Assembly (NCBI GenBank): GCA_964631145.1
Contig: CAZVXT010000003.1
Location: 2,750-66,749 of the forward strand
Length of the DNA stretch: 64,000 nucleotides
DNA from: an uncultured Candidatus Saccharibacteria bacterium
GTDB lineage: Bacteria; Patescibacteriota; Doudnabacteria; UBA920
Direction: 5' to 3'
The first letter of the stretch is position 1. Each line of letters opens with the position of its first letter. The translations under genes were made by a program, and so were the position numbers. The notes under the pieces are model-generated. The model made no database searches. It worked only from the letters and a program-made list of their open reading frames with translations, and had not been told where the DNA came from. Below are positions 31,335-41,879 of this stretch, one piece after another.

Positions 31335-33125
31335 ATGAATTCAACTAGTCCATCGGTTAAAACCTTTGGCAGTTTTGAACAATTTTTGCATGATCATGGG
31401 TTTTTGAATAAAACCCAGTATGATAAATTGATTAGTTTAAAATCTGCTAAATTTGGTTCAGCCTCTGAAATAATGGATCCAAGTAAATTATCAGATTTGC
31501 TAATAACTGAGAAATTACTTGAAGAAGAAGATGTTGCTAAAGCAAAAGCAGCTTTTTTAAATTTACCTTATATCGATCTCGCTAAAGAAACAGTGGTTGA
31601 TCAAGTTTTGGATTTGGTACCTTCAGAGTCCCGCAATTATTACAAAATGATTCCTTTTTCTTTGCAAGGAAAAGATTTAAAAATTGCTTTATATGACCCT
31701 TCTAATTTACAAGCGTTAGAAGCTTTAGAGTTTTTAGGTCAAAAAGATGATTATCAGATACATATTTATGTAGCATCAATGTCCGCTATTAATGCTTTTT
31801 TGCAAGGCAAAAAAAATATTAAAGATGTAGTAGTAGAAGCATTAGATGACCTAGGTGATAATGTTATAAAAGAAAAACCAGAACAAGAAAAGCCTCAAAA
31901 TACTCAAGTTCAAGAAGGTTCTTTAACTACTGATCAAGCTCCTATTATCAAAATCGTAGAAGTTATTTTATCTAATGCTATTGAAGCTAATGCTTCTGAC
32001 ATTCATATTGAGCCTTCTGAGACAGATGTAAGGGTGCGTTATCGCATTGATGGTATTTTGCATACATCACTAAGACTTCCAAAAAATGTTTTGTCTGCTA
32101 TCGTGTCTCGTATTAAAATTTTATCTAATTTAAAAATTGACGAAACTAGACTGCCTCAAGATGGTCGTTTTCATGCCGAGTTGGCGAAAAAATCAGTTGA
32201 TTTGCGTGTGTCTACTTTACCTTTGATGTATGGCGAAAAGATTGTTATGCGTATTTTGGATAAGACTGCTTCTGTTCCAACACTTGAACAATTAGGTATT
32301 AGAGGTAAGGCTTTATCGTGGGTAAAAGAAAATATAATGAAAACTCACGGCGTGTTTTTAATAACAGGACCTACTGGTAGTGGTAAATCAACAACTTTAT
32401 ATTCTATTTTGAGTTTGCGCAATACTAATGATGTAAATATTGTAACCTTGGAAGATCCAGTAGAATATTTTATCGAAGGGGTCAATCAAAGTCAGATTAA
32501 GCCAGAAATAGGATTAACTTTTGCAGCTGGACTGCGTAGTATTCTCCGTCAAGATCCTAATATTGTGATGGTTGGTGAGATCCGTGATGAAGAGACTGCA
32601 GAGTTAGCCGTGCATGCCGCATTGACTGGTCACTTAGTATTTTCTACACTTCACACTAACAATGCAGTAGGTGCTATTCCACGTTTAGCTAACATGAATA
32701 TCGAACAATTTTTGCTAGGCGCTTCTATTAATTTGGTTATGGCGCAGCGTTTGGTTAGAAGGTTGTGTGATAACTGTAAAAAACCTATAGAATTATCTGA
32801 TGTATTGAAAAAAGAATTAGATACTGCTTTGGCAACTGTGCCAAAAGAGTATTTGGATAACTTTGATCCAAAAACCTATAAAGTTTATCAAGCAGTAGGG
32901 TGTGATAAATGCGGTAATATCGGTTACAAGGGTAGGTTTGGGATCTATGAAGTATTGCCAATGTTTACAGAAATTCAGGACCTGATTTTTAGCAAACTTC
33001 CAGCTCATAAAATTTATGAAGCAGCTGCAAAATTAGGGATTATTACTATGAAACAGGATGGTTTGGTTAAAGTTGCTCGCGGCGAAACTAGTTTTGAAGA
33101 AATCGCTCGTGTAACAACAGAATAA
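31335..33125 (+). CDS. pilB: Type IV pilus extension ATPase (PilB/GspE)
   Basis: Motifs ASDIHIEP, GPTGSGKS, LRQDP and GEIRD; tetra-Cys site. Confidence 0.95.
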   Translation: MNSTSPSVKTFGSFEQFLHDHGFLNKTQYDKLISLKSAKFGSASEIMDPSKLSDLLITEKLLEEEDVAKAKAAFLNLPYIDLAKETVVDQVLDLVPSESRNYYKMIPFSLQGKDLKIALYDPSNLQALEALEFLGQKDDYQIHIYVASMSAINAFLQGKKNIKDVVVEALDDLGDNVIKEKPEQEKPQNTQVQEGSLTTDQAPIIKIVEVILSNAIEANASDIHIEPSETDVRVRYRIDGILHTSLRLPKNVLSAIVSRIKILSNLKIDETRLPQDGRFHAELAKKSVDLRVSTLPLMYGEKIVMRILDKTASVPTLEQLGIRGKALSWVKENIMKTHGVFLITGPTGSGKSTTLYSILSLRNTNDVNIVTLEDPVEYFIEGVNQSQIKPEIGLTFAAGLRSILRQDPNIVMVGEIRDEETAELAVHAALTGHLVFSTLHTNNAVGAIPRLANMNIEQFLLGASINLVMAQRLVRRLCDNCKKPIELSDVLKKELDTALATVPKEYLDNFDPKTYKVYQAVGCDKCGNIGYKGRFGIYEVLPMFTEIQDLIFSKLPAHKIYEAAAKLGIITMKQDGLVKVARGETSFEEIARVTTE

Positions 33126-33129
33126 CACT

Positions 33130-33555
33130 ATGGATATTATTACTAATAAAAAATTTTCATTAAGAAATGTCCCGTTTATAAGTCTGTATGGTAGGAGTGT
33201 TTGTTTGGTAGATGATGACGAAGAGTCTTTAAGTGTGTATGAATACAAACTTAAATCTGTTGATATAAAAGTTTTGCCTTATAAACATTTAAAAGATTTA
33301 TTATCTGATCATATGTCCTCAGAAACAGAAGTTGTAATATTAAATCCTTTAATAAATAATACCTTGTACGATTTAAGATGGATTGAAAAGCTCAAGCAAT
33401 TTTATAGCCCTAAACCTATCTTAACTATAAGTAAAGGCATGCAAGACTCTCAATTAGATGCTATTATGACTATAGGTGTAAACTATCATATTAATCGTGA
33501 TTTAGCTGGTCCGCAGGATTTATTGATAGCTTTAGAACAGCTTGTAAGAAATTAA
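33130..33555 (+). CDS. Degenerate receiver (CheY-like) domain protein
   Basis: VCLVDDDEES motif; the phosphoacceptor position reads VVILN. Confidence 0.6.
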   Translation: MDIITNKKFSLRNVPFISLYGRSVCLVDDDEESLSVYEYKLKSVDIKVLPYKHLKDLLSDHMSSETEVVILNPLINNTLYDLRWIEKLKQFYSPKPILTISKGMQDSQLDAIMTIGVNYHINRDLAGPQDLLIALEQLVRN

Positions 33556-33564
33556 AATAAAAAC

Positions 33565-34635
33565 ATGTATAAAGCTAGCGAATTAGAATTAAATAAGTTA
33601 TTAGAAATTACTCTTGAGCGCAATGCTTCTGATTTGCATTTGCAAGTAGGAGAGCCGCCAATATTACGTATAGACAGTCAGCTTAATAGGTTGGAAGACT
33701 ACCAAGTTTTTAGTCAGGATGCAATTGAGGATTTGATTGAGGTAATGTTGAATGCAGAACAAAAGAAGAAGTTTTTAGAAGAAAAACAATTGGATTATTC
33801 TTATTCTTATAAAGAAAGTGCACGTTTCCGCGTTAATGTTTATATGGCTCAAGGTGTTTGGGCTGTAGCTTTTCGTTTGATACCGACTAATATCAAAACT
33901 TTAGAGGAATTGGGCTTGCCTCCAATGCTTAAAAAGTTTACAGAAAATAAACAAGGGTTGGTTTTGATGGTAGGTCCTACTGGTCATGGTAAGTCTACTG
34001 CTCTAGCCGCTATGATTAATGAGATTAATAATACTCGTAGTGAACACATATTGACCATTGAAGATCCTGTAGAATTTTTATTTACACATAAGCAATCTTT
34101 TATATCTCAACGTGAGGTTGGGTTGGATACTGTATCCTTTGATTCTGCGTTAAAATCTGCTTTACGTGAAGATATTAATGTTGTGCTGGTAGGTGAAATG
34201 CGTGACCTAGAATCTATCTCTGCCACTCTAACCCTAGCTGAAACAGGACATTTAATTTTTGCCACAATGCACACCAATGATGCAGCTCAAAGTATTGATC
34301 GTGTGGTGGATGTATTTCCAGCAGAACAGCAAGCGCAGATTCGTGCGCAGTTAGCAAATACTTTGTTAGGTGTTGCAAGTTTGCGTTTGTTACCTAAAGT
34401 TGGAGGAGGGCGTATACCGGCTACAGAAATTATGGTTGTCAATCATGCTGTGCGTAATGTTATTAGAGATAATAAAATTTACGAGATAGCAAACATTATT
34501 CATACAAGTATGGATGAAGGAATGATCCCTTTAGATAAAAGTTTGGCGCAATTAGTTCAGCAAGGTGTTATAGAACTTAGTGTGGCGCAAAATTATGTAT
34601 TGGATAATGATTACTTCATGTCCTTAATTGGTTAA
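33565..34635 (+). CDS. pilT: Type IV pilus retraction ATPase
   Basis: Motifs ASDLHL, GPTGHGKS, ALREDI, AETGHL and AVRNVIRD. Confidence 0.95.
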   Translation: MYKASELELNKLLEITLERNASDLHLQVGEPPILRIDSQLNRLEDYQVFSQDAIEDLIEVMLNAEQKKKFLEEKQLDYSYSYKESARFRVNVYMAQGVWAVAFRLIPTNIKTLEELGLPPMLKKFTENKQGLVLMVGPTGHGKSTALAAMINEINNTRSEHILTIEDPVEFLFTHKQSFISQREVGLDTVSFDSALKSALREDINVVLVGEMRDLESISATLTLAETGHLIFATMHTNDAAQSIDRVVDVFPAEQQAQIRAQLANTLLGVASLRLLPKVGGGRIPATEIMVVNHAVRNVIRDNKIYEIANIIHTSMDEGMIPLDKSLAQLVQQGVIELSVAQNYVLDNDYFMSLIG

Positions 34636-34640
34636 TTTTT

Positions 34641-35846
34641 ATGAAATTTTCTTATCAAGCCAGAAACAATCAAGGTGAATTAAAAAAGGGTTTTGTCATT
34701 GCAGCAAATAGTGATAAAGCTGAACAGCTGTTGGCTAATAATGGCTTGGTTATTATTAGCCTTAATGTTCAGAAAGATAATTTGCTGCAAAAGATCGACT
34801 CTTTATTAAACCGAGTTAATTATAAGGACCTGGTAGTATTTTCTAGGCAGTTGTCCACGTTGGTAGCTGCTAGGGTGCCGATTTTGCAGTGTTTGCGTAT
34901 TTTAGAAAATCAAATTCCTAGTAAAGGACTTTTGGTAATTATTAGAAATTTAATTGCTTCTATAGAAAGTGGACAAAGTCTATCTTTGGCGATGTCTAAG
35001 CATCCTGAGGTTTTTGGAAATGTTTATATTAGCTTGGTTAAAAGTGGTGAAGCTTCAGGAAACGTTTCTGATTCTTTATCTTATTTAGCAGACCAGTTAG
35101 AAAAAGATTATGATTTGCGTTCTAAGGTTAGGTCAGCATTAACTTATCCTGGGTTTGTTTTATCAGCTTTGGGCGTTGTAGGAGTTTTGATGTTTAAATT
35201 TGTTTTGCCAAGCTTGGTATCTGTTTTGAAAGAACAAAATGCAGAATTACCTTTTGTGTCCCGTATTTTGATTCAGTTTACAGATTTTTTCCAAGTGTAT
35301 TGGTGGGTGGTCTTGATGATTATGCTTGGCGGGGCAGCTTTGATCAAAGTCTATATTTCAAGCAAGTCTGGGCGATATAATTGGGACTATGTAAAAATTT
35401 ATTTACCTGTTATTGGAGATATCTTACAAAAAGTTTACATGGCTAGATTTTCTAGAAACCTATCTACCTTGGTTTCTGGGGGGTTGCCAATTATTCAAGC
35501 TTTGCGTATTGTAGCAGATGTAATTAACAATGCGGTTTATAGAGATATTATGTTGCAAACTGCAGAACAGGTAACTAATGGAAAAAGCATTAGTGATTCT
35601 TTAGCAAAGCACGAACAGTTTCCTCCTTTGGTAACCCAGATGGTTAGAGTGGGGGAACAAACTGCAGAGCTTGATTCTATTTTGTTAAAGCTCGCTTTAT
35701 TCTTTGAAAAAGAAGTAGATACTAAAATCGCAACTCTTTCTAGTTTGTTAGAGCCTATCATTATGGTGATATTAGGATTAGGTGTCGGTGTGTTGGTTGC
35801 GGGTGTTCTGCTTCCAATTTATAACCTTGCAAGCTCTGTTAATTAG
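34641..35846 (+). CDS. pilC: Pilus platform protein PilC/GspF
   Basis: Motifs FSRQLSTL, GEASG, ALTYP and LLEP. Confidence 0.95.
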   Translation: MKFSYQARNNQGELKKGFVIAANSDKAEQLLANNGLVIISLNVQKDNLLQKIDSLLNRVNYKDLVVFSRQLSTLVAARVPILQCLRILENQIPSKGLLVIIRNLIASIESGQSLSLAMSKHPEVFGNVYISLVKSGEASGNVSDSLSYLADQLEKDYDLRSKVRSALTYPGFVLSALGVVGVLMFKFVLPSLVSVLKEQNAELPFVSRILIQFTDFFQVYWWVVLMIMLGGAALIKVYISSKSGRYNWDYVKIYLPVIGDILQKVYMARFSRNLSTLVSGGLPIIQALRIVADVINNAVYRDIMLQTAEQVTNGKSISDSLAKHEQFPPLVTQMVRVGEQTAELDSILLKLALFFEKEVDTKIATLSSLLEPIIMVILGLGVGVLVAGVLLPIYNLASSVN

Positions 35847-35972
35847 TTGTTGATAACTGATTTGCTTATTTAACGCTCGCGTTGTGCTATAATATTTATA
35901 GGTATAAATTAATTTTAAGATGATCAGTATAATAATATTTATTATTAGCTGTGACTTCTTGGCCTAAGGAGA

Positions 35973-36389
35973 ATGGTGGTGAATAAAGTGAAAAATCACA
36001 ACCAAAAAGGGTTTACGTTAATTGAACTTTTGGTGGTAATCGCCATCATTGGTCTATTAGCTTCAGTAGTATTGTTGGCATTAAACTCTGCTCGTCAAAA
36101 ATCTCGTGACGCTAAGCGTTTAGCTGATGTTCGTCAACTTTCCAGCGCATTGGAACTCTATTTCAATGATAACAATGGATATCCGGCATCTCTATCTAGC
36201 TTGGTCACTAACTATATGGGACAATTGCCAACCTTCCCAACTCCAAGCGACAGCTGTAACACAGCTTCCTACGCTTATACTGGTACATCCGGTGCTAGCA
36301 CATATCAGTTATTGTTCTGTGTCTCTGCTCCAACTGGCGGTATTACCCCAGCTGGTACACACACCCTAACTCAAGCTGGTATTCAATAG
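35973..36389 (+). CDS. pilA: Major type IV pilin
   Basis: G/FTLIELLVVIAII class III signal; has its own promoter, SD and terminator. Confidence 0.88.
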   Translation: MVVNKVKNHNQKGFTLIELLVVIAIIGLLASVVLLALNSARQKSRDAKRLADVRQLSSALELYFNDNNGYPASLSSLVTNYMGQLPTFPTPSDSCNTASYAYTGTSGASTYQLLFCVSAPTGGITPAGTHTLTQAGIQ

Positions 36390-36499
36390 TTAGCTATATA
36401 ATAAACAAGTCCTTCTTTGAAGGGCTTTTTATTTACGCTATTTTTAACTTTAATATTTATTTAGTTGTTTTGCTGGTTTGGTTTGATATACTTGATTAT

Positions 36500-38470
36500 A
36501 TGGAAAACATTTTAAATAAGCTACGATTACCATATAGGGAAGATACTTTGTATGGGATTTTATTTCTATTTGCCTTTATCGCTCCATTGGCTTTTAATCC
36601 TTGGCTACTGGAGGGGTATGAAACCACTCGCTTCGCACTAACTTTGATATTAACAGGGGCAGCGGTATTGGTTGCGGTTTATAATAATAAAAAAATCAGT
36701 ATTACTTGGTTGTCTATTTTTTGTGTGGGATTTTTATTAATTAATATCCTTAGTCTAATTACAAGTAAAGATGTAGTGATTAGCTTATTTGGTTTATACG
36801 GTAGATTTACTGGCTCGATACTATTTCTTATATGCTGGTTAGTGATGATTTTTTTATTTGCCTCAATTAAAGATTTTGGAAAATATAAAACCATTTATAA
36901 AATGTTAGTAGTAAGTGGTTCATTAGTTTCTGTACTAGGTATCTTGCATAGTTTTGGTATAGGGTTTTATGCTGGACCTGATAGTGGTGCTAGACCGATT
37001 GTTCCAGGTTTTATTGGCAACCAAAATTTTGCTGCCATGTATTTGTTAGGAATTTTTCCATTATTACTACCTTTATTTACTGAAAGTAAAAATTTTTATA
37101 CTAAGATTTATTATGCACTTACCGGGTTATTTATGGTGTGGGCAGTTATGGTATTTGCGAGCCGGGGCGCTATTTTGGCTTTGGCTGGAGCTTTATTGTT
37201 TGGATTGGGGTTATTGTTAATAAGAAAGACTTCGTGGCTATCAAGATTAATTGTTGCTGTTGTTTTAATTATTTCGGTTGTCTTTGGGTTTTTATTTTAT
37301 AGTACAACTAGATATGAAAATACAGCTGAAACTTTTACTAGCCAAGAGGTAAGTGCTCAAACACGCTTGGTGGTATGGACAAAGAGTGTAGAATTGATCA
37401 AGCAATATTGGTATTTAGGATTAGGACCAGGAAATTTCTTTATTGGATTTAAAACTTTTGGCGACAATATTTTACCCAGCAATGAAAGATTTGATGATGC
37501 TCATAATTTATATTTGCAATTGGCTTCTACCATAGGAATTTTTGGTTTATTATTATTCTTGGTTATCTTGTCCATTGGGTTCTATATAACTTTAAAACAC
37601 TATTGGAAGACTCAAGATTTGTGGTCATGGGGTTTTTGTTTAGCCTTTATAGGCTTGGCTATTAGTTATACTTTCAACCCTGTTAGTCTACCTAACTGGA
37701 TATTATTAGCTGTTTTGATTGGTATAGTAAGTGGAAATTATTTAGATGATATTAGAGCGCTAAGTATTCAAAACAAATTTTTAAAATTATTTATAATTGT
37801 TTGTTCTGCTTTGTTAATTAGCGCAGGAATTGGTTTTTATGGGAGTGAGTTGTTTGCCACTGCCACAGTTCATGCTTATAGGGCTAATCAAATAGAGTCT
37901 GCAAAAAAATATGGAAAGGCTGCTTTAATTCTTAACCCATTTAATAATACTGCTCGGGCATATTATACAGCTAGCTTAATTAAGACCAATTACGATCATC
38001 AAAAAATTAGAGGTTATATAGAAGATTTTTATAAATACCACAAGTTGTCTTCAGGAAATCAAAAAAATACAGCAGATTTGTATTTTATGCTGTACCGTAA
38101 AACTAATGATCAGGCTGATTTAGATAATAGTCTAAAGCATTTAGAAACATCTTTGCAGTTAGAACCTAATTATTCTCAGTTATTAATTAATTCAGGATAC
38201 TTGCTATATCAGGCGGGGAAGATTGATGAAGCAGAATTAAAGCTTAAACAAGCTGTGGGTTTAAGTAGTCAAGGGAAATTCTTTTATGCAGAGTTATTAT
38301 TGGCTCAGATCAATCTCGATCACGGTAAATTTGATCAAGCATTGTGGTATTTAGATCAAGCAAATAATATTCAACCAAATATTTTATTAAAGAAAGCTCA
38401 AGAAGACATTAAATCTAAAAAATTACCAAATAATAAACTTCCTATTTATTTGCCAGACGTAGATATATGA
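36500..38470 (+). CDS. O-antigen ligase/oligosaccharyltransferase-like (Wzy_C) membrane protein with a TPR-like C-terminus
   Basis: Motifs GNQN, SRGA, GLGPGNF and DAHNLYLQ; more than 10 TM segments. Confidence 0.85.
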   Translation: MENILNKLRLPYREDTLYGILFLFAFIAPLAFNPWLLEGYETTRFALTLILTGAAVLVAVYNNKKISITWLSIFCVGFLLINILSLITSKDVVISLFGLYGRFTGSILFLICWLVMIFLFASIKDFGKYKTIYKMLVVSGSLVSVLGILHSFGIGFYAGPDSGARPIVPGFIGNQNFAAMYLLGIFPLLLPLFTESKNFYTKIYYALTGLFMVWAVMVFASRGAILALAGALLFGLGLLLIRKTSWLSRLIVAVVLIISVVFGFLFYSTTRYENTAETFTSQEVSAQTRLVVWTKSVELIKQYWYLGLGPGNFFIGFKTFGDNILPSNERFDDAHNLYLQLASTIGIFGLLLFLVILSIGFYITLKHYWKTQDLWSWGFCLAFIGLAISYTFNPVSLPNWILLAVLIGIVSGNYLDDIRALSIQNKFLKLFIIVCSALLISAGIGFYGSELFATATVHAYRANQIESAKKYGKAALILNPFNNTARAYYTASLIKTNYDHQKIRGYIEDFYKYHKLSSGNQKNTADLYFMLYRKTNDQADLDNSLKHLETSLQLEPNYSQLLINSGYLLYQAGKIDEAELKLKQAVGLSSQGKFFYAELLLAQINLDHGKFDQALWYLDQANNIQPNILLKKAQEDIKSKKLPNNKLPIYLPDVDI

Positions 38471-39282
38471 TAAAAAATACTCCTCAAGATTGCATGGGCA
38501 ATCAACCAATTACCACAAAGTTATGGATAGCGTTAAAGCTTTTAAGTAATCCTATAACTTTATTATTAGATAAGTTAGGTTACCTTAAAAACCCTATGTA
38601 TATTACAAGGCAAGGGGTCAAGTTTTTTACTCGAGGTAAAACAACTGATATAAATGATGCGGTTGTGGTTTTGTCAGGGCACGAATACCCTAAAGAGTTA
38701 TTAGGATTATCTGAGATGGGTCATCCTGTAATTTTAGATGTGGGAGGGCATATTGGCACTTTTACTATGTATATAAAAAACTTATATCCTCATGCAAAAA
38801 TTATTGCCATGGAACCTGTGTCTGATAACCGTGTTTTTTATAATCGTAATATTAAGCTAAATAATTATCAAAATGTCACATTGCTCCCGTATGCTTTATA
38901 TTCTCAAACTGGACAATTTTACATAGATTTATCTAATAAGCAATATGACGCTGTAAGTGTGCAAACCGAAAAACCAATCCATGATGATTATGTGACCATA
39001 GACGCCGTAAGTTTTGAAGATGTTATTAATAAAAATAATATTGCTCATATCGACTTGATGAAGTTAGATATTGAAGGAGCAGAATATGATTTATTAAATA
39101 CTCAATTACCAATAATGTCTAATACCGTTAAGCGAATTATTATGGAGTATCATCCCGCAGGAGATAAGGCAAAGCGAAATCAGCTTGTATCTTATTTTGA
39201 CCAAGCAGGGTGGGGATTGGTATATGAGACAAAAAATATTTTAGGGTTTGATAATAATAGATTTGTTGTAGAAAATGAATAA
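38467..39282 (+). CDS. FkbM-family methyltransferase
   Basis: Motifs LDVGGHIG, AMEP and KLDIEGAE. Confidence 0.9.
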   Translation: MIKNTPQDCMGNQPITTKLWIALKLLSNPITLLLDKLGYLKNPMYITRQGVKFFTRGKTTDINDAVVVLSGHEYPKELLGLSEMGHPVILDVGGHIGTFTMYIKNLYPHAKIIAMEPVSDNRVFYNRNIKLNNYQNVTLLPYALYSQTGQFYIDLSNKQYDAVSVQTEKPIHDDYVTIDAVSFEDVINKNNIAHIDLMKLDIEGAEYDLLNTQLPIMSNTVKRIIMEYHPAGDKAKRNQLVSYFDQAGWGLVYETKNILGFDNNRFVVENE

Positions 39283-40570
39283 GTCTTTATTAAAATTTGT
39301 ATTACTCATTTTGCCATCAATATGTTGGTATTATTTGGGTTTGTTTATAACTATTTCTTTATGGTATCCAGAAGGCTTGTCTTCTGGATTGCTATATAGT
39401 CATATTATTAATTTTTCTATAATTTATATTTTATGGCTATTAGTCTGTTTTATTTTTACTCTATTTGACTTTGATATATTTTTAAATAGCTATAAAATTA
39501 TTGCTCGAATTATTAGTGTAATGTCTTTAAATGGAGTTATTGCAGTGGCTTATTTTTATTTTCAGCCTGCATTAACGCTAACTCCGCGCAGATTTTTATT
39601 AACCCATATAGCTATTACAACAATTGGTTTATTTATTTGGTATGCATTTTTGCAATTGATTTTGCCATACTTTAGTAAGCGTCTTATTTATATTTATGAA
39701 GGTGTAAATCAAGAACGATTTTTAAATTGGTTTGAAAAAGCAGAACTAACTAGTAGTTTTTGGAGGTTTGCTGGTGTCTTAAATAGCGACATGGGTCAAA
39801 ATCAAGAGTCTGGACTTGTGGTGGTTAATGCAGAAATTATAAATAATTCGCATGTTGCCAGCTCTTTGCTCTTATTAAAGCAAAAAGGTTGGGATATTAT
39901 TAAGCAAGAAGTTTTGCACGAACAATTGACCAGAAGAGTTATGGCTGATCATTTAAACGAGCAGTGGTTCTTGGACTTTGTTCGTTATGACAGGCATGTA
40001 ATATTTGATTTGATTAAAAGAATTGCTGATATTTTTTTTGGACTGATTGGCTTGGCTATTTTAGTAATTTTATATATACCGATAGCTTTAATAATCAAAA
40101 TATCCGATAAAGGGAGTGTATTTTTTGTGCAAGAGAGAGTGGGTTTGTATAATAAGACTTATAGATTGTATAAGTTTCGGACAATGAAAAACGGGCAAGG
40201 TGATACTTGGACTATGCACAATGATGACCGTATAACAACTTTTGGAAAGTGGCTTAGAAAGCTACGTATTGACGAGCTCCCGCAAGTGATTAATATTTTA
40301 AAAGGTGAAATGAGTCTTGTTGGTCCTCGTCCAGAGCAGCCTCATTTTGTAAATGAGTTAGCAGTCAAAATCCCTTTTTATAACCAGAGGCACTTTGTAA
40401 AGCCTGGTTTAACTGGGTGGGCGCAATTACATGTTTACGCTGCTTCTATAGAAGAAAGTCGTCAAAAGCTCGAGTATGATTTATATTATGTCAAACACCG
40501 CAGTGTTTTGTTTGATATAGAGATAGTATTAAGAACTATTTTTCATATTTTATCTTTAGCCGGTAGATAA
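39275..40570 (+). CDS. Polyprenyl-phosphate sugar phosphotransferase (WcaJ/WbaP-like)
   Basis: Motifs KFRTM, DDRIT, RIDELPQ, GEMSLVGPRPE and KPGLTGWAQ. Confidence 0.92.
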   Translation: MNKSLLKFVLLILPSICWYYLGLFITISLWYPEGLSSGLLYSHIINFSIIYILWLLVCFIFTLFDFDIFLNSYKIIARIISVMSLNGVIAVAYFYFQPALTLTPRRFLLTHIAITTIGLFIWYAFLQLILPYFSKRLIYIYEGVNQERFLNWFEKAELTSSFWRFAGVLNSDMGQNQESGLVVVNAEIINNSHVASSLLLLKQKGWDIIKQEVLHEQLTRRVMADHLNEQWFLDFVRYDRHVIFDLIKRIADIFFGLIGLAILVILYIPIALIIKISDKGSVFFVQERVGLYNKTYRLYKFRTMKNGQGDTWTMHNDDRITTFGKWLRKLRIDELPQVINILKGEMSLVGPRPEQPHFVNELAVKIPFYNQRHFVKPGLTGWAQLHVYAASIEESRQKLEYDLYYVKHRSVLFDIEIVLRTIFHILSLAGR

Positions 40571-40590
40571 GCTAGTGTATAATTATATAT

Positions 40591-40971
40591 ATGTGGCAAA
40601 AACCTTGGTTTAAAATTATTATATTCTTGTTCGTATTAATTGTTTTGTTAGGGCTTTCTTGGTGGGGGTATGTAAATGGGCAAAAAGCTGCTAAGAGCAA
40701 GCAGGTTGTTAAGGATGTTAAATCCGTTATATCTGCTTTAGAATACTTTAAGGCAGATCAAAATCATTATCCTTCTATTGACGAGTACGCTGATAATAAT
40801 ATAATGAGAAATTACCTCAGCAATTTCCCTCCAGTACAATTTGTCTCGGATGTGTGTGATTCGAGTTATAATTATTACAGTTCGAATCCTCAAAGTTACG
40901 AGCTTCGCTTTTGTTTATCAAAATCTGTAAGCGGTTATAAAAAAGGTTGGAATAGTATAATGTCTAAATAA
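40591..40971 (+). CDS. Pseudopilin/GspG-like protein
   Basis: TM followed by ALEYFKADQNHYP; no class III cleavage motif. Confidence 0.6.
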   Translation: MWQKPWFKIIIFLFVLIVLLGLSWWGYVNGQKAAKSKQVVKDVKSVISALEYFKADQNHYPSIDEYADNNIMRNYLSNFPPVQFVSDVCDSSYNYYSSNPQSYELRFCLSKSVSGYKKGWNSIMSK

Positions 40972-40977
40972 ATTGAT

Positions 40978-41772
40978 ATGTGGTTTTTAATTTTATTTTT
41001 ATTTACCTTCGGGGTTATAATAGGTAGTTATTTAAATGTATTGGTCTTAAGACTGCCAATTGGCAAAAAAGCTAATGGCAGGTCTTTTTGTTTTGGTTGC
41101 AAGCATCAGTTATCTAGCTTGGATCTTGTCCCTGTTTTAAGTTATTTATTTTTAAAAGGTAAATGTCGTTATTGTAATCAAAAGATTTCTTCTAGATATT
41201 TAATAGTTGAGCTTGTTACAGGAACCCTTTTTGCTTTGAGTGCTTATATTCTTTTTCCCCATTCGCTCTATGATATAGTTTTTCTAGTTTTTGCATTGTA
41301 TGTTGTATGTGTTTGTATTGTGGTTTTTATAATAGACTTGGAACATTACTTAATTTTGGATAAAGTTATTTTCCCTAGTATTTTCATAACCGCACTATTT
41401 AAAATTTCATTAGTTGTTATAAGTTCTGGAAGTTTTTTTGAATTATTATACAAAACACTCTTTGCTTTATTAGTAGCACCTCTAATCTTTTATGTATTGT
41501 GGTTAGTTTCTAAAGGGAGGTGGATGGGGTATGGTGATGTAAAGTTTGCAATATTTATGGCTATAGTTTTAGGCTTTCCTGTGGTAACAGTAGGTTTATT
41601 TGGATCGTTCATTATGGGAAGTATTGTATCTGTAATTTTAATGATATTTTATAACAAACATTTGGCATCCAGAATTCCGTTCGGTACTTTTCTTGCGGTT
41701 TCGACTATCCTGTCTTTATTTTATGGGGAGCAAATTTTGGATTGGTATTTACGTATTATGCTTTTAAAATAA
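40978..41772 (+). CDS. pilD: Prepilin peptidase
   Basis: Motifs GSYLNV, CxxC pairs, MGYGDVK and IPFGTFL. Confidence 0.95.
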   Translation: MWFLILFLFTFGVIIGSYLNVLVLRLPIGKKANGRSFCFGCKHQLSSLDLVPVLSYLFLKGKCRYCNQKISSRYLIVELVTGTLFALSAYILFPHSLYDIVFLVFALYVVCVCIVVFIIDLEHYLILDKVIFPSIFITALFKISLVVISSGSFFELLYKTLFALLVAPLIFYVLWLVSKGRWMGYGDVKFAIFMAIVLGFPVVTVGLFGSFIMGSIVSVILMIFYNKHLASRIPFGTFLAVSTILSLFYGEQILDWYLRIMLLK

Positions 41773-41879
41773 TCGCACACCTATATTAAAAATGGTTAGC
41801 GGTTTGATATTCAATCACTTTACGGTTGCCGGATTATTATAGTTATATGAACAGACAGTGTTATAATATGATTACTAAT

